Source of the DNA: Octopus sinensis
Taxonomy: Eukaryota
Direction of reading: 5' to 3'
Length of the DNA: 64,000 nt
Assembly: GCF_006345805.1 (NCBI RefSeq)
Contig: NC_043023.1
Coordinates: 9,300,001 to 9,364,000, forward strand
A program made the translations under genes and the position numbers. The notes under the pieces are model-generated. The model had not been told where the DNA came from, made no database searches, and was given only the letters and a program-made list of their open reading frames with translations. This document shows, piece by piece, positions 26,261 through 40,531 of this stretch (position 1 is the stretch's first letter; the number at the start of each line of letters is the position of its first letter).

Positions 26261-29029
26261 ATCATTATGGTCATCTCCTTCATGAAATCCCCAAACACCG
26301 CATTTTTTTCCTTATCTTCCTGCATTTAATTCCGTCGATATATTAAAACTGTTATGGCTAGTCTCTTCTATTATTGAATGTGCTGATATGATTTCTCGCG
26401 TCACACCGCATTCTTATGAGCCGCCACCACAAAAACCTATTTCCATTTGAAGAAAGACTGATGCAATGAATGCCTTATAAAGAGGTCCTCTAGGCTGCAG
26501 CTTTGATACCATAAAATGATCCACGAATGAGATGTATATCACCGAATCAAAACAAAGCAATTCTGTCACAATACACTACATGCATCTCCCAGAGGCAGAT
26601 ATAAATAAACTATACGTCCGACGTGAGGATGTAAGAGTGCGCAAAAGCTTCTGCCACTCTCGTAAAATAAGAGTAACCATAAGGTTAGATGACAAACAAA
26701 AGAAAAGTATAGACTGTCTATTAGTATGAAAGTAGTAAGACATACACACCTTTCTTTTTCAGTAATTTCCTAAACCTTTCTTGCCACTTGTCACAGTGAG
26801 GTGTTGTGGTGCTACCCAAATCAGGTTTTTCATCACATAACTGTGAAGCCAAGAAATCCTCCACCGCACTCCAATTCCATGATGTATTGCCCTCGTACCG
26901 AAAGCCTCGCTAACGCAACATCTAATCACAGAGAACCAAGCTTTCTTTGAGGCTACTTATGAAGTGAATCAAGTTGCATTTTCCACTCAGGACTACGTTG
27001 CTCAGCCTTTTTCACAGGAAATCATTTCCTTCTCTTCAATGAGGATATTGAAATGTCATGTACGGAGAACTGCGAAATGATCCATGGCGGATGCTTTATT
27101 TTTAACTCCAGGTCTTAAAATTACTGGGACACATCACGTGTCCACTCTAGATAGTCACCTTTTAGAATCCTTGTTGCTTTCACAATTAGATTATGTGTCA
27201 CTCCGGTTAAATTTAAACACCTTCCCCTGGTTTTTCACTGTCTTCTAGATGATGGATAGTAAGTGACCGCTACTCACTGAGGAATACCTGCTTCTGAAGC
27301 CAATATTATTGACTGACGAAGCTGAAACTCATGTGACTCCCAGTCATAAACTACTCAAGTAATTTTAGGATCGTCCATGCCATTATGGCAGATGTTGTAA
27401 AGAAAGTTAGGTCAAGACTACGACTACAAGTACTCCATCTTCCTCGGTATGACTCAGCTTACAGATGCAGTTTAGTATTCCCCCACTTTTCACTACATTT
27501 ACTTGGGTGGTGTGGATTTCTCTCTCACTCCACCCTCACTGTCATATTAAATGGAATTTTAAGGCTTGGATGAGAGTTTGATCGTATTATCTCTCTCTCT
27601 TCAACCGTTCTGTATTCTCCACCACACTACTTCTTTGCCTATAGCCTGTTTGCTAGGTCTTCTTAGTTCCAGTTGATTTGAATGGTTCCAAGAAGCAACA
27701 TTTGTTGTAGGTTACTGCGATCCAGCGTCTGGAAACAGGACCGAATCCGGCTTCCTTCAGTGCAGGCGCCAACAGTTGGCATTTGACTAACACAAAATTA
27801 GAATTTCATTGGAAACGCATTTGTTACTCATTCTGTCTGTGATGTACTGTGCAAGCAGGAAACTGTTGTGCTTAGATTATTTTGATATGGAATCTTCGGC
27901 ATTTAGCCTAATTACGGGTCTCAAATTATTACCATATACATTTTTCTCGAGTTCTTTCTCAATATTGCCGTGACCCCCACCTTTTATCAGGGCTAAGAAT
28001 CATCTCGTTCTTCTTCCCTTTGTTGTAGACTCCTGCCATTGCACTCACTGCTATTTATGCCAAATAATTTTAAACTGCGTAAGGCTGATCCTCAAGCCAT
28101 GGCAACATCTAACCCGGCATCTCGAATACCGCAACAATTTTCCACCATTCGTAGAACGGCGTAGTTTCATTCGAGTGTTGCCGCAAGCCGTCTACGTAGA
28201 CGGTTAAGAGGTTCATTGTCAATGGACCACTAACCTCCACAAACTGATGCACGTAATATTTCCTAAAGCCCGCAAATATCTGCTTAGAATCGAAGAGAAC
28301 GCATTTCACCTGATTCATCAACACCAAATTGTTTTCCGTTGCCACGTTGCACCTACGCTCATTCGCCCAATGTCGGACATTGTCATTAAAGCATGCAAAA
28401 CTGAAAACAATCTTCGTGTTTACCGTTGGAGAAGCGGACAAGAGTCAATCTCGTCGGTGGCAGCGCCACTTGCAGTGTATTTGTTAGCCCCTTTATTCCC
28501 TCTAGAGTGTGTTTCTGTGTAGAAATATATATAAATTTATATGTATATAATTCATATTTGTGTGTGTGTGTATCTGTGTTCCTGAGCTTAAATCTTTTTC
28601 CCTACCTCTTCATTTAGTCATATATAAATTCACATATATTTCTTCTTGTTCACATGGAGAAGTTATTACCTTCCTAATTCTAATTGATTCTTTATAGTTC
28701 TTTTCACGGTTAAACAAACAGAAATTGGAATTTATGCTGCAACATTCAAAATTTTCATCAAGTTCAATTTAAATTTACATGGGACGTAGATTTCATGAAT
28801 ATCAATGTTAATATTAAGACTAACGAAATCATAATACTCTATCATTAGTTTTAAAAGAAGTGCATTTAAAGAACGGTTTAAATGCAACAAAATTTATAGT
28901 TGGAATTCCGTGTTATAAAGAGATTTGCATTTCGACGGAGGGGAAAATATTTAAATTTATTTATAAATAAATAAAGAGGTAGCGATAAAATGACTTAAGG
29001 TCAGCAAGAAAAATTGACACACAAGCATG

Positions 29030-29072
<43 letters not shown>

Positions 29073-29074
29073 TA

Positions 29075-29760
<686 letters not shown>

Positions 29761-30304
29761 TTGTAAATTTAACCTTTAAAGGCATTTTTTTAACGTCCTG
29801 GCCATTGATAACATTCTTTCGAAACTTTTATCCTATATTAGATGTAAATTTAATACTATTCACTTCCGGACTCTCTCACTCTATGAGAACTTTCAGTCCG
29901 ATCACACCTGTCTCGAGGTATGCTGTGGAAGTTGGTGTCTTATCCTCCTATATATCGACTGATTGCCCTATTGTAGTCATTAAGGCTTTACTTTCATATC
30001 ATACTACGGAAGACGGTAGAGATTATAATATTTGTATGATTGAAAAGAATTCACGCTGTTACTTATTGAATTATTTGTTGATACGGTTATACTTAGGGTA
30101 AATGTGGTTGAAATTTGTGGTTTCTTTGATATCTTTGTTCCCAAACAACACTTATTTTAGTGTTGTTGACAACGCCGGATTAAAGGGTAGTGACCAGGTG
30201 TCGAAACCATAATGGTAACCGTGGCGTAGCAGAGGATACAGGTATGTTGGTTTGATGGTATGGTTGCGGAATAGTATTATAACACACATCCTTTTAATAT
30301 ATAG

Positions 30305-30345
<41 letters not shown>

Positions 30346-31054
30346 TGTGTGTCTGTCTGTGTGTGTTTGCGTGTCGGTAGATTAAATTTACGGGAAACTA
30401 AAAGTCGAAAACAGGTGTTAGATTCAACGCTCGGGAAAAAGAGAAATTCTTTTACTTTCGAGCCTATGCTCCTCAACAGAAAGAGAAAGGAGAACATGAA
30501 CAAAAAGTGATTACAAATCTTGTCGATTTAGGGATCAAGCATGGCAACTGGTTAGGAAAAACATAGCTTGACGGGAGAGATAGAGAGTCGGGGAGATAAT
30601 AAACAACTGGAGATCCCAAAACAATGGTGTGCGTTCGGAAGTGTATAAAAGAATGTGTAAGTATGTGTGTGTGTGTTGAGAGGGGCTAATGACTATGGTG
30701 TGTGTGGATGTATGCGTGCGTAGCTGTGTGCGTCTGTAGTGTGTGGGTGTGCGGACGATTGTGTATGGGTGTGTAGATGATGTTTTGTGGTCTGGGTGTT
30801 GGAAAGTGGTTAGTGCTAGTACAAGCACAGACACACGAATATAGACAGATTTATGTATATATTTGTGTTCCCTCAAGATCACCTAATAACCAATGTTGGT
30901 GTTACACACCCTGTAACTTAGTGTTTCGGCAAAAGATACCGAGAGAATAAGTGCTAGTCTTTCAACAAATAAATGCTGATCTCGATTCGTTCGAATTAAG
31001 GCTCTAGCGTGGACATTGTCAAATTACTGAAAGAAGTACGTGTATGAACGAGTT

Positions 31055-31101
<47 letters not shown>

Positions 31102-31860
31102 TATAGATATATAGACAAAAACAAATATATACATATATATATATATATATTGGTATATGTGTGTATGTGTTTACGTATCTGTCTGGCGATTGATAGATAT
31201 ATTGATAAAGTGAAAGATAGATAGGTAGGTACATAGATAGATAGATTGAGAGATAGATAGATGGATAGATAGATAGATAGGTAGATACATGTCTCCAGTT
31301 CTAGTTTAGTCTTCTTTACCCTTTTATCTCATTTATCAATAACTGCTCGTCGTTAATGTTATTCCTATTCTCATCCTTCTCTTTTGTTATAGTTTCAACT
31401 TTGTATATCAGCGTCATCCTCCTCCTCATCATCATTCCAAATATCAAGAGCATCATCAGTAAATATTGTCATCATAATCATAGTCTGCGTCCTTGTAGTG
31501 GTCGTCACCATTATCGTCATCATGATCATCGTCATGATCACCATCATCATCATTCTTATCAGTCATAATCTTAAACCACAATTGCAATGCCAGCAGACCG
31601 AAACAACCTCATCACTACCAAATCCGTCACCGTCAATGCCCTCATCATAATAATTATCGCTTTCATCATCACTTAACACAATGCCATACATCTTCATTAT
31701 TATCTTCATAATCTTCACTTATCGTTTTCCTTATCGTCTTCACCAAATTGTCTCACTTCTACTTATTTTTCTTCTATTTCTGCAGCGAATTCATTGGACA
31801 TAATAATTGAAATATATGACTAATCACTTCAATGTTTTTTCTTCATGAATTATCTTTCAG

Positions 31861-31932
31861 AGCTCTATCCAATAATGCAATCGTGAAAATTGAAAATGGA
31901 TCTTTTGCAAATCTTTTGAGCTTAACATTTTT
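31861..31932 (+). CDS. LRR exon E5: ALSNNAIVKIENGSFANLLSLTF(L)
   Basis: tctttcag|AGCTCTATCC...AACATTTTT|gtaagt; 72 nt. Confidence 0.92.
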
Positions 31933-32251
31933 GTAAGTTGAACCAGTCTTGTTTATACTATATTCCTGAGTATATATTTCCTCAAATTTAATATCTTCCC
32001 ATCTTTCTTTCTTACCCTTCTTTTGCCCTTCTCTAACTCACATTATATATCTCTCTCTATATATATGTATGTGAGTGTGTGTAAGTTGACCGTGTTTGTG
32101 TGTGACGATGTGTGTTTACATAAGTCTATGCGTTCTACATCACTGTTTGGTATATTGTGAAAAGTGCGTATATAGTCATATGTATATTTATGCCTGAAAT
32201 GTGTGGATAAATATATAGTCCTTTAATGTTTCGTCTTGGGCAGGAGATATT

Positions 32252-33358
32252 AAACAATTCTGTGATGATATCACGTTGTAATTTTAACTCGATAAATGAG
32301 CAAAAGCTACATTTATCAAATGAAAACGACAGAAACATCCCGCAGAATGTCATAAAGGAATTAGAACCAGAGGAGAGATACATGTACTTATCGGTATTTG
32401 AAATGAACATGATCAAATATTCAGTGATGAGGGAAAGGATCAGAATAGAATATTATATCAGGTTAAAAGCAATATTCAAGACAGAGCTGAATGCAAGAAA
32501 CAGAATCGAGGAGATCGGTACTTTTGCTATACCAGGCGTGACTTACAGTTTCAATATCATTAACTGGTCAATTATTGAAATATCTAATCTTGACAGAAAA
32601 ATACGAAAATTGTTGACCATGCGTAGAATACACCACCCTAAACCAGATGTAGAACGATTTTACCTGCCAAGAAAAGAGGGTGGCCGTAATATTTACAATT
32701 GGAATTAACAATGGAATTAACGATTTACCGAAACACCTACCAAAATAACTCTCATGACTGGATGTTAAAACTTGTCTCAAAGCACGAAAACAAGAAAGTG
32801 TCATACAAAGTAACAAAAGATGCAAAGGAATATCTAAGTGAATTCCAAATACAACAAATCCCAGAGTTAGACGTACTAGAAACAAGCACAGAAAAAGCTA
32901 AGCGAATGAAAGTACATGCAAAGAATCTGACTTAGATATTCTTACAGATAAATGAAAAAGAAAACATCTCAATGGCAAATACCCAAAGAGAGCTAATAGT
33001 ACTGATGTGGATAAACCATTACCCATCAATGGTTAGTGTTTTCTAGCTTAAACTCAGACCTAGACAGATTTAATATAGCAGCTCAAGATCAAGACCTACC
33101 TACAAGAAACTACCATATTAAAGAACGGCAGTCACCCAGCATGTCTTGTATGTAAACAACAAAATGAAACCATTGATCATGTTGTCTCCATGTGCAGTCT
33201 TCTTGTGCATACAGAATATCTGAACAAGCATGATTGAGCAGCACATCATATTCACTGGTTAATTTGCAAAAACATAGACGTGCCACATGATACAATCTGT
33301 TGGGGACACGAACACACTCCAGTTCTTGAAGATGATCGCATTTTATCCTCTAGAACTT
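32252..33358 (+). mobile_element. R4/Dong-like fragment, first copy in the S unit (also 36552-37659, 40851-41958, 45157-46264, 49456-50563)
   Basis: Same RT motifs; 3'-truncated at cctctagaactt, where it fuses to post-exon intron sequence. Confidence 0.85.
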
Positions 33359-33658
33359 GTTCATACTATATTCTGAGTATATATTTCCTCAAATTTAATA
33401 CCTTTCCATCTTACTTTCTTAACCTTCGTTTGCTCTTCTCTTTCTCACATTATCTCTCTCTATATATATGTATGTATGTGAGTGTGTGTGAGTTGAGCGT
33501 GTTTGTGTGTGACGATGTGCGTTTACATTAGTCTCTGTGTTCTACATCACTGTTTGGTATATTGTGAAAAGTGCGTATATAGTCATATGTATATTTATGC
33601 CTGAAATGTGTGGATAAATATATAGTCCTTTAATGTTTCGTCTTGGGCGGGAGATACT

Positions 33659-34114
33659 AAACAATTCTTTGATGATATCACGTTGCAATTTTACCTCGAT
33701 AAATGAGCAAAAGCTACATTTATCAAAGGAAAAACGACAGAAACATCCGGCAGAATGTCATAAAGGAATTAGAACCAGCGGAGAGATACATGTACTTATC
33801 GGTATTTGAAGTGGACATGATCAAATATTCAGTGATGAGGGAAAGAATCAAAATAGAATATTATCGCAGGGTAAAAGCAATATTCAAAGCAGAGCTGAAT
33901 ACAAGAAACAGAATCGAAGTGATCAGTACCTATGCTGTACAAGTCGTGACTTACAGTTTCAATATCATTAACTGGTCAATTATTGAAATATGTAATCTTG
34001 ACAGAAAAATACGAAAATTGTTGATAATGCGTAGAATACACCACCCTAAACCAGATGTAGAACGATTTTACCTGCCAAGAAAAGAGGGTGGCCGTAACAT
34101 TTACAACTGGAATT
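33659..34114 (+). mobile_element. R4/Dong-like fragment, second copy in the S unit (also 37960-38415, 42259-42714, 46565-47020, 50864-51319)
   Basis: RT motifs through LPRKEGGRNIYNWN, then an abrupt join to the TA/CA-rich block also seen at ~7660. Confidence 0.85.
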
Positions 34115-35355
34115 ATATATTATATATACAGACGCAAATATATATACACATGTTCACAGACATATAGACAAACATAAATATATATATAGACGTATATATG
34201 TACACACACACACACACACAAACATATATATATATATATATATAAAACGATTTTACAACTGCACGTTCCCACGGCTTTATCGATCGCATTCTTACCTAGA
34301 ATCGATTTTTGTAATTTTTTCAAGATTTATGCACGCCCTCATAGTGTCGGTATCTTCATATCTATTTTGAGTGCAATCGGATGGAGGATGCCCAAGATCC
34401 TAGAAGACACACACACACACACATACAGACAGAACGGATTTTATATAATAGACTAAAAAAATTTTTTTGGGGTTTGTCCATTCATAATAAATGAAAATAA
34501 TAAGTTCGACTGTAGGGTAACTACTTCAAGGAGGGACACCGGATTACGTCCAAGACGGATGCTTCACCTCAGACTGTAAAGGGAGGTAACTAAATTGATT
34601 TTGGCAAATTTGTTTGTCACTCAACAGTAGTTGAAAAAGAAAATAGAAAATTGATGGACTGTGTATGAAATATGCATGCTTGGTGTTAAGGGAAGCAACT
34701 CCTATCAGCGCCATATTGTCGATTGTGCAACCAAAGAAAAACGATTTCCCACGGCTTTATCGATCGCATTCTCACCTGGAATCGATTCTTGTAATTTTTT
34801 CAAGACATATGCACGCCCTGATACCGTCGGTATCTACATATCAAAATTGAGTGCATTTGGATGGAGGATGTCGGAGATCTGAGAAGTCACACAGACCCAT
34901 ACACACGCACCCACACACGCATACATACTTTCATATACGTGTGTTCGTCTTTTAGTTTTTTTAGGAGCCAGTTGAACAAAACAGTGTGGTTTTTCAGTTT
35001 GCTGGAAATAACAGCCAAACCTCTCTCATATCATGGCCTTAATAGTTTTAAGGAAAGGAAAATATAGAATTAATGGTTTTGATTTAGTTCGGATCTATGA
35101 AATTTAATATTATTTTAGCACAAACTCAAACACACAAATATAGACAGATTTAAGTATATATTTGTGTTCCCTCAAGATCACCTCTAAAAACCAATGTTGG
35201 TGTTACACACCCTGTAACATAGTGTTTCGGCAAAAGATACCGAGAGAATAAGTGCTAGTCTTTCAACAAATAAATGCTGATCTCGATTCGTTCGAATTAA
35301 GGCTCTAGCATGGACATTGTCAAATTACTGAAAGAAGTACGTGTATGAACGTGTT

Positions 35356-35402
<47 letters not shown>

Positions 35403-36160
35403 TATAGATATATAGACAAAAACAAATATATACATATATATATATATATTGGTATATGTGTGTATGTGTTTACGTATCTGTCTGGCGATTGATAGATATA
35501 TTGATAAAGTGAAAGATAGATAGGTAGGTACATAGATAGATAGATTGAGAGATAGATAGATGGATAGATAGATAGATAGGTAGATACATGTCTCCAGTTC
35601 TAGTTTAGTCTTCTTTGCCCTTTTTATCTCATTTATCAATAACTGCTCGTCGTTAATGTTATTCCTATTCTCATCCTTCTCTTTTGTTATAGTTTCAACT
35701 TTGTATATCAGCGTCATCCTCCTCCTCATCATCATTCCAAATATCAAGAGCATCATCAGTAAATATTGTCATCATAATCATAGTCTGCGTCCTCGTAGTC
35801 GTCGTCACCATTATCGTCATCATGATCATCGTCATGATCACCATCATCATCATTCTTATCAGTCATAATATGGAACCACAATTGCAATGCCAGCAGACCG
35901 AAACAACCTCATCACTACCAAATCCGTCACCGTCAATGCCCTCATCATAATAATTATCGCTTTCATCATCACTTAACACAATGCCATACATCTTCATCAT
36001 TATCTTCATAATCTTCACTTATCGTTTTCCTTATCGTCTTCACCAAATTGTCTCACTTCTACTTATTTTTCTTCTATTTCTGCAGCGAATTCATTGGACA
36101 TAATATTTGAAATATATGACTAATCACTTCAATGTTTTTTCTTCATGAATTATCTTTCAG

Positions 36161-36232
36161 ATATCTATCCAATAATGCAATCGTGAAAATTGAAAATGGA
36201 TCTTTTGCAAATCTTCCGAGCTTAGAATATTT
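36161..36232 (+). CDS. LRR exon E6: YLSNNAIVKIENGSFANLPSLEY(L)
   Basis: tctttcag|ATATCTATCC...AGAATATTT|gtaagt; 72 nt. Confidence 0.92.
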
Positions 36233-39200
36233 GTAAGTTGAACCAGTTTTGTTTATACTATATTCCTGAGTATATATTTCGTCAAATTTAATATCTTCCC
36301 ATCTTTCTTTCTTACCCTTCTTTTGCCCTTCTCTAACTCACATTATATATCTCTCTCTATATATATGTATGTGAGTGTGTGTAAGTTGACCGTGTTTGTG
36401 TGTGACGATGTGTGTTTACATAAGTCTATGCGTTCTACATCACTGTTTGGTATATTGTGAAAAGTGCGTATATAGTCATATGTATATTTATGCCTGAAAT
36501 GTGTGGATAAATATATAGTCCTTTAATGTTTCGTCTTGGGCAGGAGATATTAAACAATTCTGTGATGATATCACGTTGTAATTTTAACTCGATAAATGAG
36601 CAAAAGCTACATTTATCAAAGGAAAAACGACAGAAACATCCCGCAGAATGTCATAAAGGAATTAGAACCAGAGGAGAGATACATGTACTTATCGGTATTT
36701 GAAGTGGACATGATCAAATATTCAGTGATGAGGGAAAGGATCAGAATAGAATATTATATCAGGTTAAAAGCAATATTCAAGACAGAGCTGAATGCAAGAA
36801 ACAGAATCGAGGAGATCGGTACTTTTGCTATACCAGGCGTGACTTACAGTTTCAATATCATTAACTGGTCAATTATTGAAATATCTAATCTTGACAGAAA
36901 AATACGAAAATTGTTGACCATGCGTAGAATACACCACCCTAAACCAGATGTAGAACGATTTTACCTGCCAAGAAAAGAGGGTGGCCGTAATATTTACAAT
37001 TGGAATTAACAATGGAATTAACGATTTACCGAAACACCTACCAAAATAACTCTCATGACTGGATGTTAAAACTTGTCTCAAAGCACGAAAACAAGAAAGT
37101 GTCATACAAAGTAACAAAAGATGCAAAGGAATATCTAAGTGAATTCCAAATACAACAAATCCCAGAGTTAGACGTACTAGAAACAAGCACAGAAAAAGCT
37201 AAGCGAATGAAAGTACATGCAAAGAATCTGACTTAGATATTCTTACAGATAAATGAAAAAGAAAACATCTCAATGGCAAATACCCAAAGAGAGCTAATAG
37301 TACTGATGTGGATAAACCATTACCCATCAATGGTTAGTGTTTTCTAGCTTAAACTCAGACCTAGACAGATTTAATATAGCAGCTCAAGATCAAGACCTAC
37401 CTACAAGAAACTACCATATTAAAGAACGGCAGTCACCCAGCATGTCTTGTATGTAAACAACAAAATGAAACCATTGATCATGTTGTCTCCATGTGCAGTC
37501 TTCTTGTGCATACAGAATATCTGAACAAGCATGATTGAGCAGCACATCATATTCACTGGTTAATTTGCAAAAACATAGACGTGCCACATGATACAATCTG
37601 TTGGGGACACGAACACACTCCAGTTCTTGAAGATGATCGCATTTTATCCTCTAGAACTTGTTCATACTATATTCTGAGTATATATTTCCTCAAATTTAAT
37701 ACCTTTCCATCTTACTTTCTTAACCTTCGTTTGCTCTTCTCTTTCTCACATTATCTCTCTCTATATATATGTATGTATGTGAGTGTGTGTGAGTTGAGCG
37801 TGTTTGTGTGTGACGATGTGCGTTTACATTAGTCTCTGTGTTCTACATCACTGTTTGGTATATTGTGAAAAGTGCGTATATAGTCATATGTATATTTATG
37901 CCTGAAATGTGTGGATAAATATATAGTCCTTTAATGTTTCGTCTTGGGCGGGAGATACTAAACAATTCTTTGATGATATCACGTTGCAATTTTACCTCGA
38001 TAAATGAGCAAAAGCTACATTTATCAAAGGAAAAACGACAGAAACATCCGGCAGAATGTCATAAAGGAATTAGAACCAGCGGAGAGATACATGTACTTAT
38101 CGGTATTTGAAGTGGACATGATCAAATATTCAGTGATGAGGGAAAGAATCAAAATAGAATATTATCGCAGGGTAAAAGCAATATTCAAAGCAGAGCTGAA
38201 TACAAGAAACCGAATCGAAGTGATCAGTACCTATGCTGTACAAGTCGTGGCTTACAGTTTCAATATCATTAACTGGTCAATTATTGAAATATGTAATCTT
38301 GACAGAAAAATACGAAAATTGTTGATAATGCGTAGAATACACCACCCTAAACCAGATGTAGAACGATTTTACCTGCCAAGAAAAGAGGGTGGCCGTAACA
38401 TTTACAACTGGAATTATATATTATATATACAGACGCAAATATATATACACATGTTCACAGACATATAGACAAACATAAATATATATATAGACGTATATAT
38501 GTACACACACACACACACAAACATATATATATATATATATAAAACGATTTTACAACTGCACGTTCCCACGGCTTTATCGATCGCATTCTTACCTAGAATC
38601 GATTTTTGTAATTTTTTCAAGATTTATGCACGCCCTCATAGTGTCGGTATCTTCATATCTATTTTGAGTGCAATCGGATGGAGGATGCCCAAGATCCTAG
38701 AAGACACACACACACACACATACAGACAGAACGGATTTTATATAATAGACTAAAAAAATTTTTTTGGGGTTTGTCCATTCATAATAAATGAAAATAATAA
38801 GTTCGACTGTAGGGTAACTACTTCAAGGAGGGACACCGGATTACGTCCAAGACGGATGCTTCACCTCAGACTGTAAAGGGAGGTAACTAAATTGATTTTG
38901 GCAAATTTGTTTGTCACTCAACAGTAGTTGAAAAAGAAAATAGAAAATTGATGGACTGTGTATGAAATATGCATGCTTGGTGTTAAGGGAAGCAACTCCT
39001 ATCAGCGCCATATTGTCGATTGTGCAACCAAAGAAAAACGATTTCCCACGGCTTTATCGATCGCATTCTCACCTGGAATCGATTCTTGTAATTTTTTCAA
39101 GACATATGCACGCCCTGATACCGTCGGTATCTACATATCAAAATTGAGTGCATTTGGATGGAGGATGTCGGAGATCTGAGAAGTCACACAGACCCATACA

Positions 39201-39652
39201 CACGCACCCACACACGCATACATACTTTCATATACGTGTGTTCGTCTTTTAGTTTTTTTAGGAGCCAGTTGAACAAAACAGTGTGGTTTTTCAGTTTGCT
39301 GGAAATAACAGCCAAACCTCTCTCATATCATGGCCTTAATAGTTTTAAGGAAAGGAAAATATAGAATTAATGGTTTTGATTTAGTTCGGATCTATGAAAT
39401 TTAATATTATTTTAGCACAAACTCAAACACACAAATATAGACAGATTTAAGTATATATTTGTGTTCCCTCAAGATCACCTCTAAAAACCAATGTTGGTGT
39501 TACACACCCTGTAACATAGTGTTTCGGCAAAAGATACCGAGAGAATAAGTGCTAGTCTTTCAACAAATAAATGCTGATCTCGATTCGTTCGAATTAAGGC
39601 TCTAGCATGGACATTGTCAAATTACTGAAAGAAGTACGTGTATGAACGTGTT

Positions 39653-39699
<47 letters not shown>

Positions 39700-40459
39700 T
39701 ATAGATATATAGACAAAAACAAATATATACATATATATATATATATATTGGTATATGTGTGTATGTGTTTACGTATCTGTCTGGCGATTGATAGATATAT
39801 TGATAAAGTGAAAGATAGATAGGTAGGTACATAGATAGATAGATTGAGAGATAGATAGATGGATAGATAGATAGATAGGTAGATACATGTCTCCAGTTCT
39901 AGTTTAGTCTTCTTTGCCCTTTTTATCTCATTTATCAATAACTGCTCGTCGTTAATTTTATTCCTATTCTCATCCTTCTCTTTTGTTATAGTTTCAACTT
40001 TGTATATCAGCGTCATCCTCCTCCTCATCATCATTCCAAATATCAAGAGCATCATCAGTAAATATTGTCATCATAATCATAGTCTGCGTCCTCGTAGTCG
40101 TCGTCACCATTATCGTCATCATGATCATCGTCATGATCACCATCATCATCATTCTTATCAGTCATAATATGGAACCACAATTGCAATGCCAGCAGACCGA
40201 AACAACCTCATCACTACCAAATCCGTCACCGTCAATGCCCTCATCATAATAATTATCGCTTTCATCATCACTTAACACAATGCCATACATCTTCATTATT
40301 ATCTTCATAATCTTCACTTATCGTTTTCCTTATCGTCTTCACCAAATTGTCTCACTTCTACTTATTTTTCTTCTATTTCTGCAGCGAATTCATTGGACAT
40401 AATATTTGAAATATATGACTAATCACTTCAATGTTTTTTCTTCATGAATTATCTTTCAG

Positions 40460-40531
40460 AGATCTATCCAATAATGCAATCGTGAAAATTGAAAATGGAT
40501 CGTTTGCAAATCTTTTGAGCTTAACATTTTT
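40460..40531 (+). CDS. LRR exon E7: DLSNNAIVKIENGSFANLLSLTF(L)
   Basis: tctttcag|AGATCTATCC...AACATTTTT|gtaagt; 72 nt; Ser14 codon TCG. Confidence 0.9.
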
